Origin: Bacteroidaceae bacterium
GTDB taxonomy: Bacteria; Bacteroidota; Bacteroidia; Bacteroidales; Paludibacteraceae
Length of the DNA: 64,000 nucleotides
Direction of reading: 5' to 3'
Assembly (NCBI GenBank): GCA_963615895.1
Contig: CAVEIE010000009.1
Location: 1,455 to 65,454 of the forward strand
Shown piece after piece: positions 27,874-37,955 of the stretch. Position 1 is the stretch's first letter, and each line of letters starts with the position of its first letter. A model generated the notes under the pieces. The model worked only from the letters and a program-made list of their open reading frames with translations. It was not told where the DNA came from and searched no databases. The position numbers were made by a program, and so were the translations under genes.

Positions 27874-29838
27874 TTATGCCGGTTGCGCCGGTGCGGTTTG
27901 TCCAGCGGACTGCTGTGCCGCTTGGGCGGCTTGCAGTTGTGCTGCCTCTGCCTGTTGCTGCTGTGCCTCCTCTTGTTTGCTCTTTAACCGCTCCAACATC
28001 TTATCCGCAAAGGGCGAAGTACTGCTTTCGAGGTAGGTTTCCAAATCGATGGCGTTGCTCTGCAACAAAGACAGTAGCAAGTTCTCGTTCTGCACACGGA
28101 ACATACCCTGCGACTGGTTCTCGACAAGGGCGAGGTCGAACTGCGAATTGCGCACCTTGTCCGGGTCGTACCACTTACTCTCCTCGGAGTAGTCCTTGCC
28201 TGCGATATTCATATACCGCCGCTCGGTATAGTACTGCTGGACGACCTGCATAATCTTGTAGTCGCGCTTGCGGATAAGACCATTGTACCATTGCATCATA
28301 TCGGCAATGTTGTTGTTGGCGTTCTGCGTCTCCTGCGCATAGAGAGAGGACGGCGTGCCGCTCTTGGCTTGCTCGCCACGCATGGCACCGTGCGCACCCG
28401 TAATCTCGTTGAGCAGGTTCATATACTGCGAGAGCATTTGCACATCGTCCTGCTTGCTGCTCGTACTATGCACCTGCTTGAACGGCTCTTCTCCGCCCTC
28501 CCAGTCTAATACCATAACACCTGCGGGGGAGGTAATGGTGCGGGCGACATCCTCAATGTTTATGTCGCTACGCTCCAAGACTTTTTTATTGACGACAAAC
28601 AAGCCCTTAATGTCGTTCATACGCTGGTACTCGATACGAGATAGTAGGCGGTTGGTCATGCGCTGCGGGTTGATAGCGTCCTCGACAAAGGAATGTATCT
28701 CACCGTCTACGAGTGGGAAAGCACCAACTACAAAGGGGTGCGAGCCGTGCGTGTATGGGCTGACTTCTTGGTGGAGAACATACCCGTTCGGGGATAGATA
28801 GCGCACGACCCATTTCTCCTCTACACGATACTCGTATTCTATCACGGCAGCGTCCTCCGCAGTGCCGCCTGCCTGCACCATGTCATATACACGGCGGTTG
28901 TTCTCGGCAACGATAGTCGCTTCGTCTTGCACAGGGACAAAATACTGCTCGCCCTTGGCTGTATCGTGGCAATAGAGAGAGTCAAACTGTTCTTTCGTCC
29001 ATATCTCTACGACACGGCACTGCTCCGGTTGCAATGGATGATAGAAATCAATATGCGGACGGCGTGTATTCGGTTGGAACTGTTGGTCGGTTACAGGGTA
29101 GAGTTGGGCGCAGTCTTTATATATCTGCCGTATCTGCTCTGCCTCCTGAGGAGAATGGGCGAACTTGGCAAGCAACGCACCCAAAGCCATATCATGCAGG
29201 TATCCTATGCAGGAGATATGCTCGAAATACTGCCCCGATGTGTTGGGGTCGAAAGCGAGGCGGTTGTCGTCCACCAAAGACACAACGACATCACTGCTCT
29301 TCCGTTCGTGGTTGATGTCGAAACCGACACGGAACGCAGGCAATGCGGAGAGCAGGAACTCCTCGCAGCCGCGTGTGTTAATCTCCGGCAGGTTCTCGTT
29401 CTGATAGACATACTCCATGGCAATAGACATCATCTCGCCGAGTTTCTGTTCGTCTCGGTCACGGGCTATTGCCAATGGCTCGAAGTTGGATTGACAATAG
29501 ACACCGAGTACAGCCTTGACCGCTTTGCGTATGATATTGAGCGACATCGGTGTAATACCTTGGTCTGCCATTAGTTTCTCCTCAGAGACAAGCCCGCAAC
29601 CGCTCGGGTCGGGTACGAGGTCGGAAAGTTGGTCGCCGAAATAGTACTTCTTGCACCGCTCACGCTTATCTCGAAATGTTTGCAGGCTGTCGTAGTAATG
29701 GTGAAAGCGTTCGAGCAGAATTTGGTTCTGCTGAAAGATATGTTCTGCGGCTTGCGACGAGGGTCTGCTGCCATCGGTATTGGGCAGCAGGTTCTTACGC
29801 GTGAAACGGCGGTAGTTGTTCTTGGTTAGTTTTGCCAT
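27874..29838 (-). CDS. Portal-like protein (654 aa)
   Basis: The size fits a portal. It has a Q/A-rich C-terminal coiled tail (KQEEAQQQQAEAAQLQAAQAAQQ) like P22-type portal barrels, and it sits in a structural gene string. No search was run. Confidence 0.5.
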   Translation of the reverse strand: MAKLTKNNYRRFTRKNLLPNTDGSRPSSQAAEHIFQQNQILLERFHHYYDSLQTFRDKRERCKKYYFGDQLSDLVPDPSGCGLVSEEKLMADQGITPMSLNIIRKAVKAVLGVYCQSNFEPLAIARDRDEQKLGEMMSIAMEYVYQNENLPEINTRGCEEFLLSALPAFRVGFDINHERKSSDVVVSLVDDNRLAFDPNTSGQYFEHISCIGYLHDMALGALLAKFAHSPQEAEQIRQIYKDCAQLYPVTDQQFQPNTRRPHIDFYHPLQPEQCRVVEIWTKEQFDSLYCHDTAKGEQYFVPVQDEATIVAENNRRVYDMVQAGGTAEDAAVIEYEYRVEEKWVVRYLSPNGYVLHQEVSPYTHGSHPFVVGAFPLVDGEIHSFVEDAINPQRMTNRLLSRIEYQRMNDIKGLFVVNKKVLERSDINIEDVARTITSPAGVMVLDWEGGEEPFKQVHSTSSKQDDVQMLSQYMNLLNEITGAHGAMRGEQAKSGTPSSLYAQETQNANNNIADMMQWYNGLIRKRDYKIMQVVQQYYTERRYMNIAGKDYSEESKWYDPDKVRNSQFDLALVENQSQGMFRVQNENLLLSLLQSNAIDLETYLESSTSPFADKMLERLKSKQEEAQQQQAEAAQLQAAQAAQQSAGQTAPAQPA

Positions 29839-29852
29839 AGTAGTATAGTTAT

Positions 29853-32800
29853 TTAGCGTATTTTTGTGGATAGTTTAGACTTTCGGCTACTGACCTCTAA
29901 GTAGTCGAAACGGCTGTCTTTGCTCACTTGCCCTGCAAGCACAAAGCGGAAGAAACGACAATCGGTGCGCTCGACCAATGCACCTATGTCTCGGAAGTCC
30001 CCGCTCTTCTCTCTGTGTCCGAGTAACGACCACTTGCGACCGTCGTACGAGCCGAAGATATACAAGCCAAGAATACCCTCGTAGGTAGTATCGGTATCTA
30101 CAATCGTCTCTGTATGTTCAGGAATGGTTTGCAAAATATGCTGAACGATAGGCGGAGTTGTGAGTGACAACATCCTGTATTCATTAGTTATACTGCCTGC
30201 ATACATAGTGGCATAAATTTTCATATCCCATGTGAGTATAAAGTTAGCAGGTTGCTCGGCAGCACTTTCATCTGTCGTGGCAATTATATTCTGCAGCCGT
30301 ATTTCTGTATGATATGTACCCGCTTGAAGTTTTATGTCAATACGCTTTTTTTGTTTATCATACTCGTCGGGGAGTTTATAGCGTATGCGCCAATCGAATA
30401 TGCGTTCACTATCTTCACTATCTTCTTTAAGAGTAACTAAATAGCCTTGCATAGCATACGACCATACAATGTTGCCATTGTTATCACATATACATAAGAT
30501 AGCCTCTCCGTAGTCGGGGTCAATATTAGGTACTCCATCGCTCCACTCAACAGTGGTCGTTCCATCTTTTTTCAGTGCATATAAGTCGAACACTAATCCA
30601 TTTCCGTTGCCATTGAATGTGAGTGATATATTGGCGGATAAGTTTTTAGGAACCGTGAATGATGTTGTGTTGCCATATTCGTCTTGGTTGTAGGTGATGA
30701 GTTGCGGATAGTTGTCTGCATACATATCAATCTTGACGATGGTATCTAAACTATATGCGTATCCTGTTTCTCCATTATCTCCAATCTCAATAGCAGGCAA
30801 GTTATTATTGTCAATGAGATTATTGTTAGTGTAGGAAGTAGTATCTAAGATATTACCTATCATTAGAGTGCAATGGTATGACACATTAAACTCCGCACCG
30901 TAGAATTCGGTTGGTGCTATAGTTGCAATGTTGCCAGATGTGACTATCCGTTGACGGTAGTTGCCTTCGGGTAGTTCAACAGTTCTCTCTTCTCCTAATA
31001 TGTACAGGTGCAAGTTTTGATAGACAGAGAATGTTCTTTTAACGCCATCGAGTTCATCTTGGTATGTGTCTCCATTATCTCGGCTTAAATCATCGGTTAA
31101 GTCTAATGCATAGACTACTTCGTCTTTCTCATTGACAATCTGAAACTGCACTTTCGGTGGTTCAAATGCCTGCGTTTCACCTGTTTCCATTCCAATGGTA
31201 TCAATTAGTGTAGAAGGATAAGTACTCTCACTATCTTGGTTGTAGGTATTTAATGTTGTTTTTGTAGCATTTGTTGTTATCGTTAAAATACCCAAACTGT
31301 TAGCAGGTATTACGATTTCTTCTTTGAGTTCAGTAGTATTCGTATTATCATCGTAATATGCGAACCGTATATCTTTTTTCTCTGATTTGATAGCATAGTA
31401 GTATATATCATCAACTTGCGAGATAAGTTCGGCTGTAAGAGAGCCACCTTGGTCTCCTACAAGTTCTCTTTCACAATCAAACTCGGTTACTTGCGTATTA
31501 TTGCTACTCTTGAGAAAAACCTCGCCCTTAATAGATAGGATAATATGGTATGCTTTGTTGTTCTCTAATTCGGTGGCGATTGAGAATGGATAGAAAGTGA
31601 GTGTAATTGTTTCTTCTGTTACAATGGCATTATCGATAGTTTCATAATCAATGATATTACCATAGTCATCGATTATTTTGTATGATATCATAAGTCTGTT
31701 ACTCTCACTGGTATCGATAGTGCAGTCGGCACATTGAAGTATGATTGTCTGTTCTTCGGAGAAAGAAACTATTAGTTCTTGTTGGAATGGACTTGCTGGA
31801 ATATCTAAGCGATAGATGTCTTGCTCTATATCTCGTATTAAAGTACCCAATACCGACTTCTCATTATACTCAGCGAGTGTACCTTTTGCAGAAGTGAGAG
31901 TAATCTTTTTCTTGCTCTCCGGTATATCAATAGTCTTGTACACTTTCTTACTGACAGTCTGCCAATAGCCACGTGCCACTACTCGGTGCAACTCCTTGAA
32001 GCCGATACTGTCTAACTTGATAATATGCGACATAAGGTAGATACCATTTTCTGCGTCGCTCTGCTTATCTACTTGATACCACTCGTTGCCTGCTACACGA
32101 TATGATGTCGGGTAGTTATTCACATACTCCTCCGCACGAATATCACGGCGAGACCAGTTGCCCTGCTTATCAAGAATGTAGGTATAGTTGTAGTTCGGGT
32201 TGCTGACCATTAACTCGAACTCGTTGTGGTTGTAGTTGATTATACTCCCCTTGAGGTACGAGAGGAAATCGGTCTGCGTCATGCTGTCCTCCGCTGTTAC
32301 GCTCTCGTCTGGCAGACCTGCTATCTGCTTCATATAGTAGGCGTTCTTGGCTATCTTGGAATAGTCTATATGCCCTGCGGTAGTGAAATGCGCCCAATCG
32401 CCCTCCAACGGCTGACCTATCTCCTTCACCTGCTCGCCTGCAATCTCCATAAGTCCTCTGTCGGTGGTGAATACCACACCGCTGTCAATAGGGGTTACCG
32501 ACTTGGCGTTGTTGCATACATCACGGGCAATGACACGGGAGTTGGTATAAGCCATCTCTCCTTTCTCGTCCACGAATAGCGCATACACACCGTCTTTGCA
32601 GAATACATAGAGCGGGGCTGCACCCGTCTGTCCCGTACCCACTGCGACGGAGTTAGACATCAGTGCTACTATCTCCGCAGAACCGACTTGGTAAGTGTTC
32701 TCTACGGGGAAATAGAGCGGGTTGTTCGTGCTGCTCACTTTCAGCCCGTTGGGACAGTTCTCCGTCACTCGCTCCTCTGCGGGGGCGGGGTTGAAATTCG

Positions 32801-35093
32801 GTTTTTGGTCTGTCTGATATTCAGTTACGGATTTTGTTCCTATCTTATCTAACTCTATCGGACAAAGATTTTCGTCCATATAATAGGCTATATTCAAATA
32901 TGGATGATGTTTAAGTTCGAACTCCTTTTTATATAGCGTCATCGTTACTCCATCTGTATTCTCCAAGATACTGATAGTCATTTTTGTGGCACGACCATCA
33001 GGGAAAGATAGTATCGGGTCAAGCGTCTCGATAAAGTCTCTATTCGATACATCTGTATTAAACGGAATAAATCTGCATACCTTTTGTTTACCATCATTAA
33101 CTGTTTCGACCTCTACTAATGTATATGCTGATACATCTTTGGTTTGTTGGACTGCTTCTCTCAATTGGGAACCAGCAGTTCGCATTAGGTAATGAGTAGT
33201 GCGCTTTTCTGATAATGTATCATCATAGAATGATGTAAGTTTGAATAGTGCCTCTTTGAAATATCCGAAATTATTATCACTTATAATTGTATTATCACCA
33301 CAATATTGCAATGAGTGATTATTCAAATGGAATGTATCAAGTGGATAACCATGAAATTGCGAGCGAGTGTAGTTTGCTATATGCAGTCGCCCATTATAGT
33401 TGTATTGTTCTTTGGGGATATAAGAATATCGAATGACTGCCTCTACCTTAAGTGTATCTTGCTGTGTGATATTATTTAACACCCCATCGTATTTGGGGTC
33501 TTGCAAATCTACTATCGGATTGTCTAATAAATCAGGCAACTCATCTTGTGTGTATTCTCGTAACAGATAGAATTGACTATGTAATAAATCGTATTGAATG
33601 TCGTCGTTACCGCGCTGTTGTGGCATATAAGACATATTGGCTACACTGGTGCGAAAATCCTGTGTTGTCTTTATAAGACCATTAGTAACTGTCGCCGAAC
33701 CAGCAACCGTATCTAATGTCCGCCTACAATAGCCTTTTTTCTCAACATCCATTTCATATACCGAAGATTGAGGTGTAATAAAGATACAGAGTGATTGGAA
33801 TATATCTTTGTTGTCATCCATTATCTTAATTAGATTTTTATCAATAGATACACAAAGATTACAACCTCTTATTTGGAATTTCCAAGAAGATGTGTTGATG
33901 TTATAGTAACCAAGATATGCATAAGCAGAACCGCTGGTATAATGTGCTGTCGTATAGATACCATTTCGGAATACTCCGAACACATCTTCGCCACCCGGTC
34001 TTGCATGTTGGAAGTCCGCCATTTTAGAGTCGGTGCTTATTGTTCCTATATCGTCAGTTAAATCGATAGGCGTATCCAAGAGAATACTACCGGGTATATT
34101 ATCTATATAGGTATTTGGCGTACCCCAATATGCCGATATGGTATCATTAGGTACAAGCAATGCGCCATTATTAGAATAGACACCTCGTGATGTTATCTCA
34201 TCAAACCCATCATTTAGTTTGTCAGTTGGGTTTTTATGTGCGCAACGACTTCTCGTGTTATATGTACGCTGACGAGGGAATATCATTGTCGGTGCACTCG
34301 CATACATATACTTACCATCATAGAGTTTTATAGCAGCACACACAAGAAATGGGTCTGTGAAGTAGTTTTTCTCTTTTAGTTTGCCGTATAGCGTAACCAT
34401 TTCATTATGTAATGTTTCAATCCCTCCACCTGATAGTTCTCCAAAATCATTTGCTCGAATACCTACTGCAAGACCTTTGTATGCCAATTTCCAGTCTTTT
34501 TCTCTCCTACCCCATTTGTCCCATCCCTCCTTGTTTGTTTTGTCCTCGGTGATGGTGCCTGCTGCGCCTGCGTCTGCCCAGTTGAAATGTATTTGCCCGA
34601 AAGGATAGACACCTCGGTCGGTCTGCGAGCCGTTCTCGTCCACATAGAGTTTCTTATAGAGCGTGTCTGCAGGCTCGAACAACAGGTACTCGAAACCGCC
34701 TGCGTCGTCGATGATAGTGAGCAAATGCCCCGTCTGACAGATATACAAATCGCCCGATACGCTCGTGAGTTCTGCGGGCGTATCCAACGCTTCGAACACT
34801 CCGTCGGTGTCGATAGTACCAAACCAGTAGAGCCTGCTCTCCCGCACACCGAGGATATGCCGATAGACATTGGTGTGGATATACAACTGCGTATAAGAAA
34901 GTCCGCTCGTGTTGGCGACATCGGATTGGTACTGCATGGAGAATACATGCTTTCCGTCCCCGCTCGCACGCCACGAGCCGTCCTTGAAACGCAGATTGAC
35001 CAAGTCCTCGCAGTCGCCGTCCTGAACGCCTATCTTGGTGGCATTATGCACTATGCCATTCAACTCGATTGCTTTTACATTCTCGCTATCCAT
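29853..35093 (-). CDS. Giant virion structural protein (1,746 aa; tail/receptor-binding candidate)
   Basis: It is uninterrupted and adjacent to the portal-like gene. It contains repeated beta-sandwich-like segments: IIDDYGNIIDYE, IVNEKDEVVYAL and ICDNNGNIVWSY, plus L..G.Y...I motifs. The C-terminus is jelly-roll-like (RFFRFVLAGQV). Confidence 0.5.
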   Translation of the reverse strand: MDSENVKAIELNGIVHNATKIGVQDGDCEDLVNLRFKDGSWRASGDGKHVFSMQYQSDVANTSGLSYTQLYIHTNVYRHILGVRESRLYWFGTIDTDGVFEALDTPAELTSVSGDLYICQTGHLLTIIDDAGGFEYLLFEPADTLYKKLYVDENGSQTDRGVYPFGQIHFNWADAGAAGTITEDKTNKEGWDKWGRREKDWKLAYKGLAVGIRANDFGELSGGGIETLHNEMVTLYGKLKEKNYFTDPFLVCAAIKLYDGKYMYASAPTMIFPRQRTYNTRSRCAHKNPTDKLNDGFDEITSRGVYSNNGALLVPNDTISAYWGTPNTYIDNIPGSILLDTPIDLTDDIGTISTDSKMADFQHARPGGEDVFGVFRNGIYTTAHYTSGSAYAYLGYYNINTSSWKFQIRGCNLCVSIDKNLIKIMDDNKDIFQSLCIFITPQSSVYEMDVEKKGYCRRTLDTVAGSATVTNGLIKTTQDFRTSVANMSYMPQQRGNDDIQYDLLHSQFYLLREYTQDELPDLLDNPIVDLQDPKYDGVLNNITQQDTLKVEAVIRYSYIPKEQYNYNGRLHIANYTRSQFHGYPLDTFHLNNHSLQYCGDNTIISDNNFGYFKEALFKLTSFYDDTLSEKRTTHYLMRTAGSQLREAVQQTKDVSAYTLVEVETVNDGKQKVCRFIPFNTDVSNRDFIETLDPILSFPDGRATKMTISILENTDGVTMTLYKKEFELKHHPYLNIAYYMDENLCPIELDKIGTKSVTEYQTDQKPNFNPAPAEERVTENCPNGLKVSSTNNPLYFPVENTYQVGSAEIVALMSNSVAVGTGQTGAAPLYVFCKDGVYALFVDEKGEMAYTNSRVIARDVCNNAKSVTPIDSGVVFTTDRGLMEIAGEQVKEIGQPLEGDWAHFTTAGHIDYSKIAKNAYYMKQIAGLPDESVTAEDSMTQTDFLSYLKGSIINYNHNEFELMVSNPNYNYTYILDKQGNWSRRDIRAEEYVNNYPTSYRVAGNEWYQVDKQSDAENGIYLMSHIIKLDSIGFKELHRVVARGYWQTVSKKVYKTIDIPESKKKITLTSAKGTLAEYNEKSVLGTLIRDIEQDIYRLDIPASPFQQELIVSFSEEQTIILQCADCTIDTSESNRLMISYKIIDDYGNIIDYETIDNAIVTEETITLTFYPFSIATELENNKAYHIILSIKGEVFLKSSNNTQVTEFDCERELVGDQGGSLTAELISQVDDIYYYAIKSEKKDIRFAYYDDNTNTTELKEEIVIPANSLGILTITTNATKTTLNTYNQDSESTYPSTLIDTIGMETGETQAFEPPKVQFQIVNEKDEVVYALDLTDDLSRDNGDTYQDELDGVKRTFSVYQNLHLYILGEERTVELPEGNYRQRIVTSGNIATIAPTEFYGAEFNVSYHCTLMIGNILDTTSYTNNNLIDNNNLPAIEIGDNGETGYAYSLDTIVKIDMYADNYPQLITYNQDEYGNTTSFTVPKNLSANISLTFNGNGNGLVFDLYALKKDGTTTVEWSDGVPNIDPDYGEAILCICDNNGNIVWSYAMQGYLVTLKEDSEDSERIFDWRIRYKLPDEYDKQKKRIDIKLQAGTYHTEIRLQNIIATTDESAAEQPANFILTWDMKIYATMYAGSITNEYRMLSLTTPPIVQHILQTIPEHTETIVDTDTTYEGILGLYIFGSYDGRKWSLLGHREKSGDFRDIGALVERTDCRFFRFVLAGQVSKDSRFDYLEVSSRKSKLSTKIR

Positions 35094-35105
35094 AAGACAA
35101 AAGGA

Positions 35106-35849
35106 TTAAAAGATACGGGGTATTCTATCTACTACTGCGGGCAACATACGCACGGAGTACTTGCGGATGTCGTTGATTGCGTCTTGGAATTGCGCCTCAT
35201 AGACATTGGCGTCGTCGGGGTAGGCAGAGAGCAACCACTTCCATATAATGAAATATATCAATGCGTCTTGCACCGATTGGTCTAAGGGCTCGATAAAACT
35301 CGGGTTGAGCAACTTGCCCCACTGGATGATATAGTGAATACTCTCTCGGTAGTCCTCCGTGGGTGCAAGATTGGCAAACGTATCGCTGTCGCCTGCACCG
35401 GTAGCCAGATACAGGACACGCTTGTAGAGAATGTAGTCACCCTTTGCGTAGGTCTGCGCAGGTATTGCTCCGTGCGTCAGCGTGATGGTGTGACAATTGA
35501 CATCCCATATATAGGCTTTCTCTATATGGCGGGTGTGCTTGCCGAGTGGGTCGAATACTTTTGCCATTGCCGAGCGGGCGAACGAATGGAACAGGTCGCT
35601 CTCGTCTTTGGTCATAGCGATAAGGTCGAGCAGGTGCGGGGCGTTCTCCGTGCCTCGGTGCTTGCCGAGATACGAGGTGCGCTTGTGTATCTCCTCCTGC
35701 AAGAGTGCAAGCGGATAATACAAGTGCAGGATGTCCATTGTCTCTCCCGAGCAACACCCGAGCATATCACACCACGGAGTGCGATACGGAACGAGTATGT
35801 TAGGCTCTATCTCGGTATATTGTGTTTGACAAGATGTGCGTGCGTACAT
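35106..35849 (-). CDS. Hypothetical structural-module protein (247 aa; start uncertain)
   Basis: It is packed between the endolysin and the giant structural gene. An internal ATG at 35738 (MDILHLYYP) is an alternative start. Confidence 0.45.
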   Translation of the reverse strand: MYARTSCQTQYTEIEPNILVPYRTPWCDMLGCCSGETMDILHLYYPLALLQEEIHKRTSYLGKHRGTENAPHLLDLIAMTKDESDLFHSFARSAMAKVFDPLGKHTRHIEKAYIWDVNCHTITLTHGAIPAQTYAKGDYILYKRVLYLATGAGDSDTFANLAPTEDYRESIHYIIQWGKLLNPSFIEPLDQSVQDALIYFIIWKWLLSAYPDDANVYEAQFQDAINDIRKYSVRMLPAVVDRIPRIF

Positions 35850-35878
35850 AGGCTATTGGTTTTGTGTGTTTATATTTC

Positions 35879-36295
35879 CTATCTCTGTGTCAAGTGTTTG
35901 TATTCAGTGGTGGCGTCGAATGAGGGGCAGGCTTTGTTGGCGTAGTCCCTGTGGCTGTGAATAGTTGCCTGCGGATACTTCTTCACGAGGTGGCGCAAGA
36001 GTTGCTCTAATGCCTTTTTCTGTGCGTCTGTGCGGGTGTCCGTTGCCGCCTTGCCGTCTGCCGACAGACCGCCGATATAACACACGCCTATGCTGTTGCT
36101 GTTGTGACCCACACAATGTGCGCCAACCTCATTCTCCAAACGACCACCCTCTATGCTGCCGTCAAGCGTCACCACATAATGGTAGCCTATCTTCTTGTAA
36201 CCACGCCGTTTGTGCCAACGGTCAATGTCCGAAGCGTGAAAGTCTGCACCCTCTCGGGTAGCACTGCAATGGACGATTATCTCTGTTATGTTCAT
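35879..36295 (-). CDS. N-acetylmuramoyl-L-alanine amidase (Amidase_2/PGRP type) endolysin
   Basis: IVHCSATREG...RGYKKIGYHYVV...GAHCVGHNSNSIGVCYIGG...H..Y..KACPSF. Confidence 0.85.
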   Translation of the reverse strand: MNITEIIVHCSATREGADFHASDIDRWHKRRGYKKIGYHYVVTLDGSIEGGRLENEVGAHCVGHNSNSIGVCYIGGLSADGKAATDTRTDAQKKALEQLLRHLVKKYPQATIHSHRDYANKACPSFDATTEYKHLTQR

Positions 36296-36322
36296 ATCTT
36301 TTCGTTTTAGTTTATAGCATAC

Positions 36323-36358
36323 AAAAAAGCGGCTATCTTCGTATTGAAAATAGTCGCT
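36323..36358 (-). terminator. Rho-independent terminator after the moron
   Basis: The minus-strand stem AGCGACTAT/ATAGCCGCT (9 bp, one G-U pair) is followed by TTTTTTGT. It lies between the 262-aa gene stop and the endolysin start. Confidence 0.6.
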
Positions 36359-36426
36359 TGGGGCAAACCCACCGAATTCGAGGGGGTAGATTATGTCAGT
36401 TCCCTTTCAGTTAGCCAAGAGTGCTA

Positions 36427-37215
36427 TTAAGACACATTTAGTTTGAACATATTCTCTTTCGTACCCCTCTGACTCCACAAGATATATGGGATATTTCGGC
36501 TCTCAAAGGCACTTATATAATCACTATTAATGTCCTTATTTGTGTCGTTAATAATAGCGACACTACTTAATTTCTTGCCAGATATGCGCTCCCGTCCTTC
36601 TTTGATGTCATCAAGGCTGAAGAGAAAATTTGGTACATTCATTTTGTTCAAAACATTGAAAGATTTTATGACTTTTTCCTCTTTCATTCCTGCAAGTTGA
36701 AAATCAAAGGTAAACTCAATTCCCGTTCTTCCCTTGGCTATAAATTCAGGAGTATAGACCAAACCTCTCTCATTAAGCATATTGCGAACATCCTCATTAA
36801 ACATTGTAGATATGGTATTTTTTGCCATAAGTTCCATTTCTGCTATGGCACAAATAGCGCATATCATATTATGTTTCTTTTGCGGAAAGTCTTGTGCAGT
36901 AGCCTTTGTAGTCAGTTCCTTATCATCTAACACAATGCCATAATTGCAAAGGATAGCATTCAGCCATTCTTTCCTTTTGGTAGAATGATTAAAACTGACA
37001 CCTACTTGCTCTAAATTCGTTAGTGTTTCGCCGTCATCAGACATCAATATATTCCCCCGTTCATCTTGTTTGATATAAATATCTATGGGGTCGTTGTAGA
37101 TACCGTAAAACGGAGTGGATATAACACTCCAATTCGTTTTGTCATCGGTATAATAAGATGTCTTATCTTTTAACCAAGTGTAATAAGCCTTTATGCTTTC
37201 ATCTACCCAACTCAT
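36427..37215 (-). CDS. DUF1828/DUF1829-like protein (262 aa)
   Basis: WSVISTPFYGIYNDPIDIYIKQDERGNILMSDDGETLTNLEQVGV...KRKEWLNAIL matches my memory of the DUF1828 signature (TPF...ND.I.IY...LSDDG.TL..LE..G...KR). The gene is low in G+C. Confidence 0.55.
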   Translation of the reverse strand: MSWVDESIKAYYTWLKDKTSYYTDDKTNWSVISTPFYGIYNDPIDIYIKQDERGNILMSDDGETLTNLEQVGVSFNHSTKRKEWLNAILCNYGIVLDDKELTTKATAQDFPQKKHNMICAICAIAEMELMAKNTISTMFNEDVRNMLNERGLVYTPEFIAKGRTGIEFTFDFQLAGMKEEKVIKSFNVLNKMNVPNFLFSLDDIKEGRERISGKKLSSVAIINDTNKDINSDYISAFESRNIPYILWSQRGTKENMFKLNVS

Positions 37216-37739
37216 AGTATGCTCCTTTCTACCTTTATTTCGGTGGTGATATGTATTGCTTTTGCAAATGCTTGTATAGCCTTTTCTATAGACTCGGAAC
37301 TTGCATCAAACAATTTTGTTTCTATGTCAGACGCCTCTATTGGCATTGCCCACTCCATTTGTCGTGTATCACTCGAAACATGAATATGTACATGGCTTTC
37401 TCTTGCTCCAAAATACTTGCCCACATACGGGAGAAAGAACTCTGGCAAATCATCTGGGGCTACCGCAGGATTTCTGTGTCCTCTATTGTAATCCACCCGA
37501 ATTATTCCGATGTTGCTTTCGTATTGTTGACAGTGCAAACTCATACGCAAAGAGTCTTTCTTACCTTGGTCTATTTGCCATGTAAACAACCATTCATCCC
37601 CTTTGTCTTTAACGGCAAGGTCTATTTGAGCAAGCATAGGAAATTTTTGAACGATACGAAAAACCTCTATAGGTTCTCCTTTGTCAATGATTGTCTTGGG
37701 AGTTTGTATGAATTCTATGGCTTGTTCCGTGGTTATCAT
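37212..37739 (-). CDS. Hypothetical 175-aa protein (His-rich core GHRNP...RESHVHIHV)
   Basis: Its stop overlaps the downstream start as ATGA (37212-37215). It is low in G+C and I could not assign a family. Confidence 0.5.
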   Translation of the reverse strand: MITTEQAIEFIQTPKTIIDKGEPIEVFRIVQKFPMLAQIDLAVKDKGDEWLFTWQIDQGKKDSLRMSLHCQQYESNIGIIRVDYNRGHRNPAVAPDDLPEFFLPYVGKYFGARESHVHIHVSSDTRQMEWAMPIEASDIETKLFDASSESIEKAIQAFAKAIHITTEIKVERSIL

Positions 37740-37751
37740 AACTCATTGTTC

Positions 37752-37842
37752 TAATTTTGCGCTGCAAAATTACTCCTTTTTCTCCACATACGCAATATGC
37801 TCTGCGACATAGTACCATTTTGCGGACTTGCGCAAAATGGTA
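37752..37842. promoter_or_regulatory. Two palindromes sharing the core ATTTTGC/GCAAAAT upstream of the moron; one overlaps a -7 box
   Basis: TAATTTTGC-GCT-GCAAAATTA lies at 37752-37772 and contains the minus-strand TAATTTTG box at 37765-37772. TACCATTTTGCG-GACTTG-CGCAAAATGGTA lies at 37813-37842. Confidence 0.5.
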
Positions 37843-37955
37843 TGTATTTCCATTTTGGAAACTGTCGAGTATTTCTCGGTAGTTGCGACTATTTTCAATA
37901 TTTCAAAGAACGCTTGTGCTTACACCAAGTGTAAGGCTTTGAGCCGTCGGAGAGG

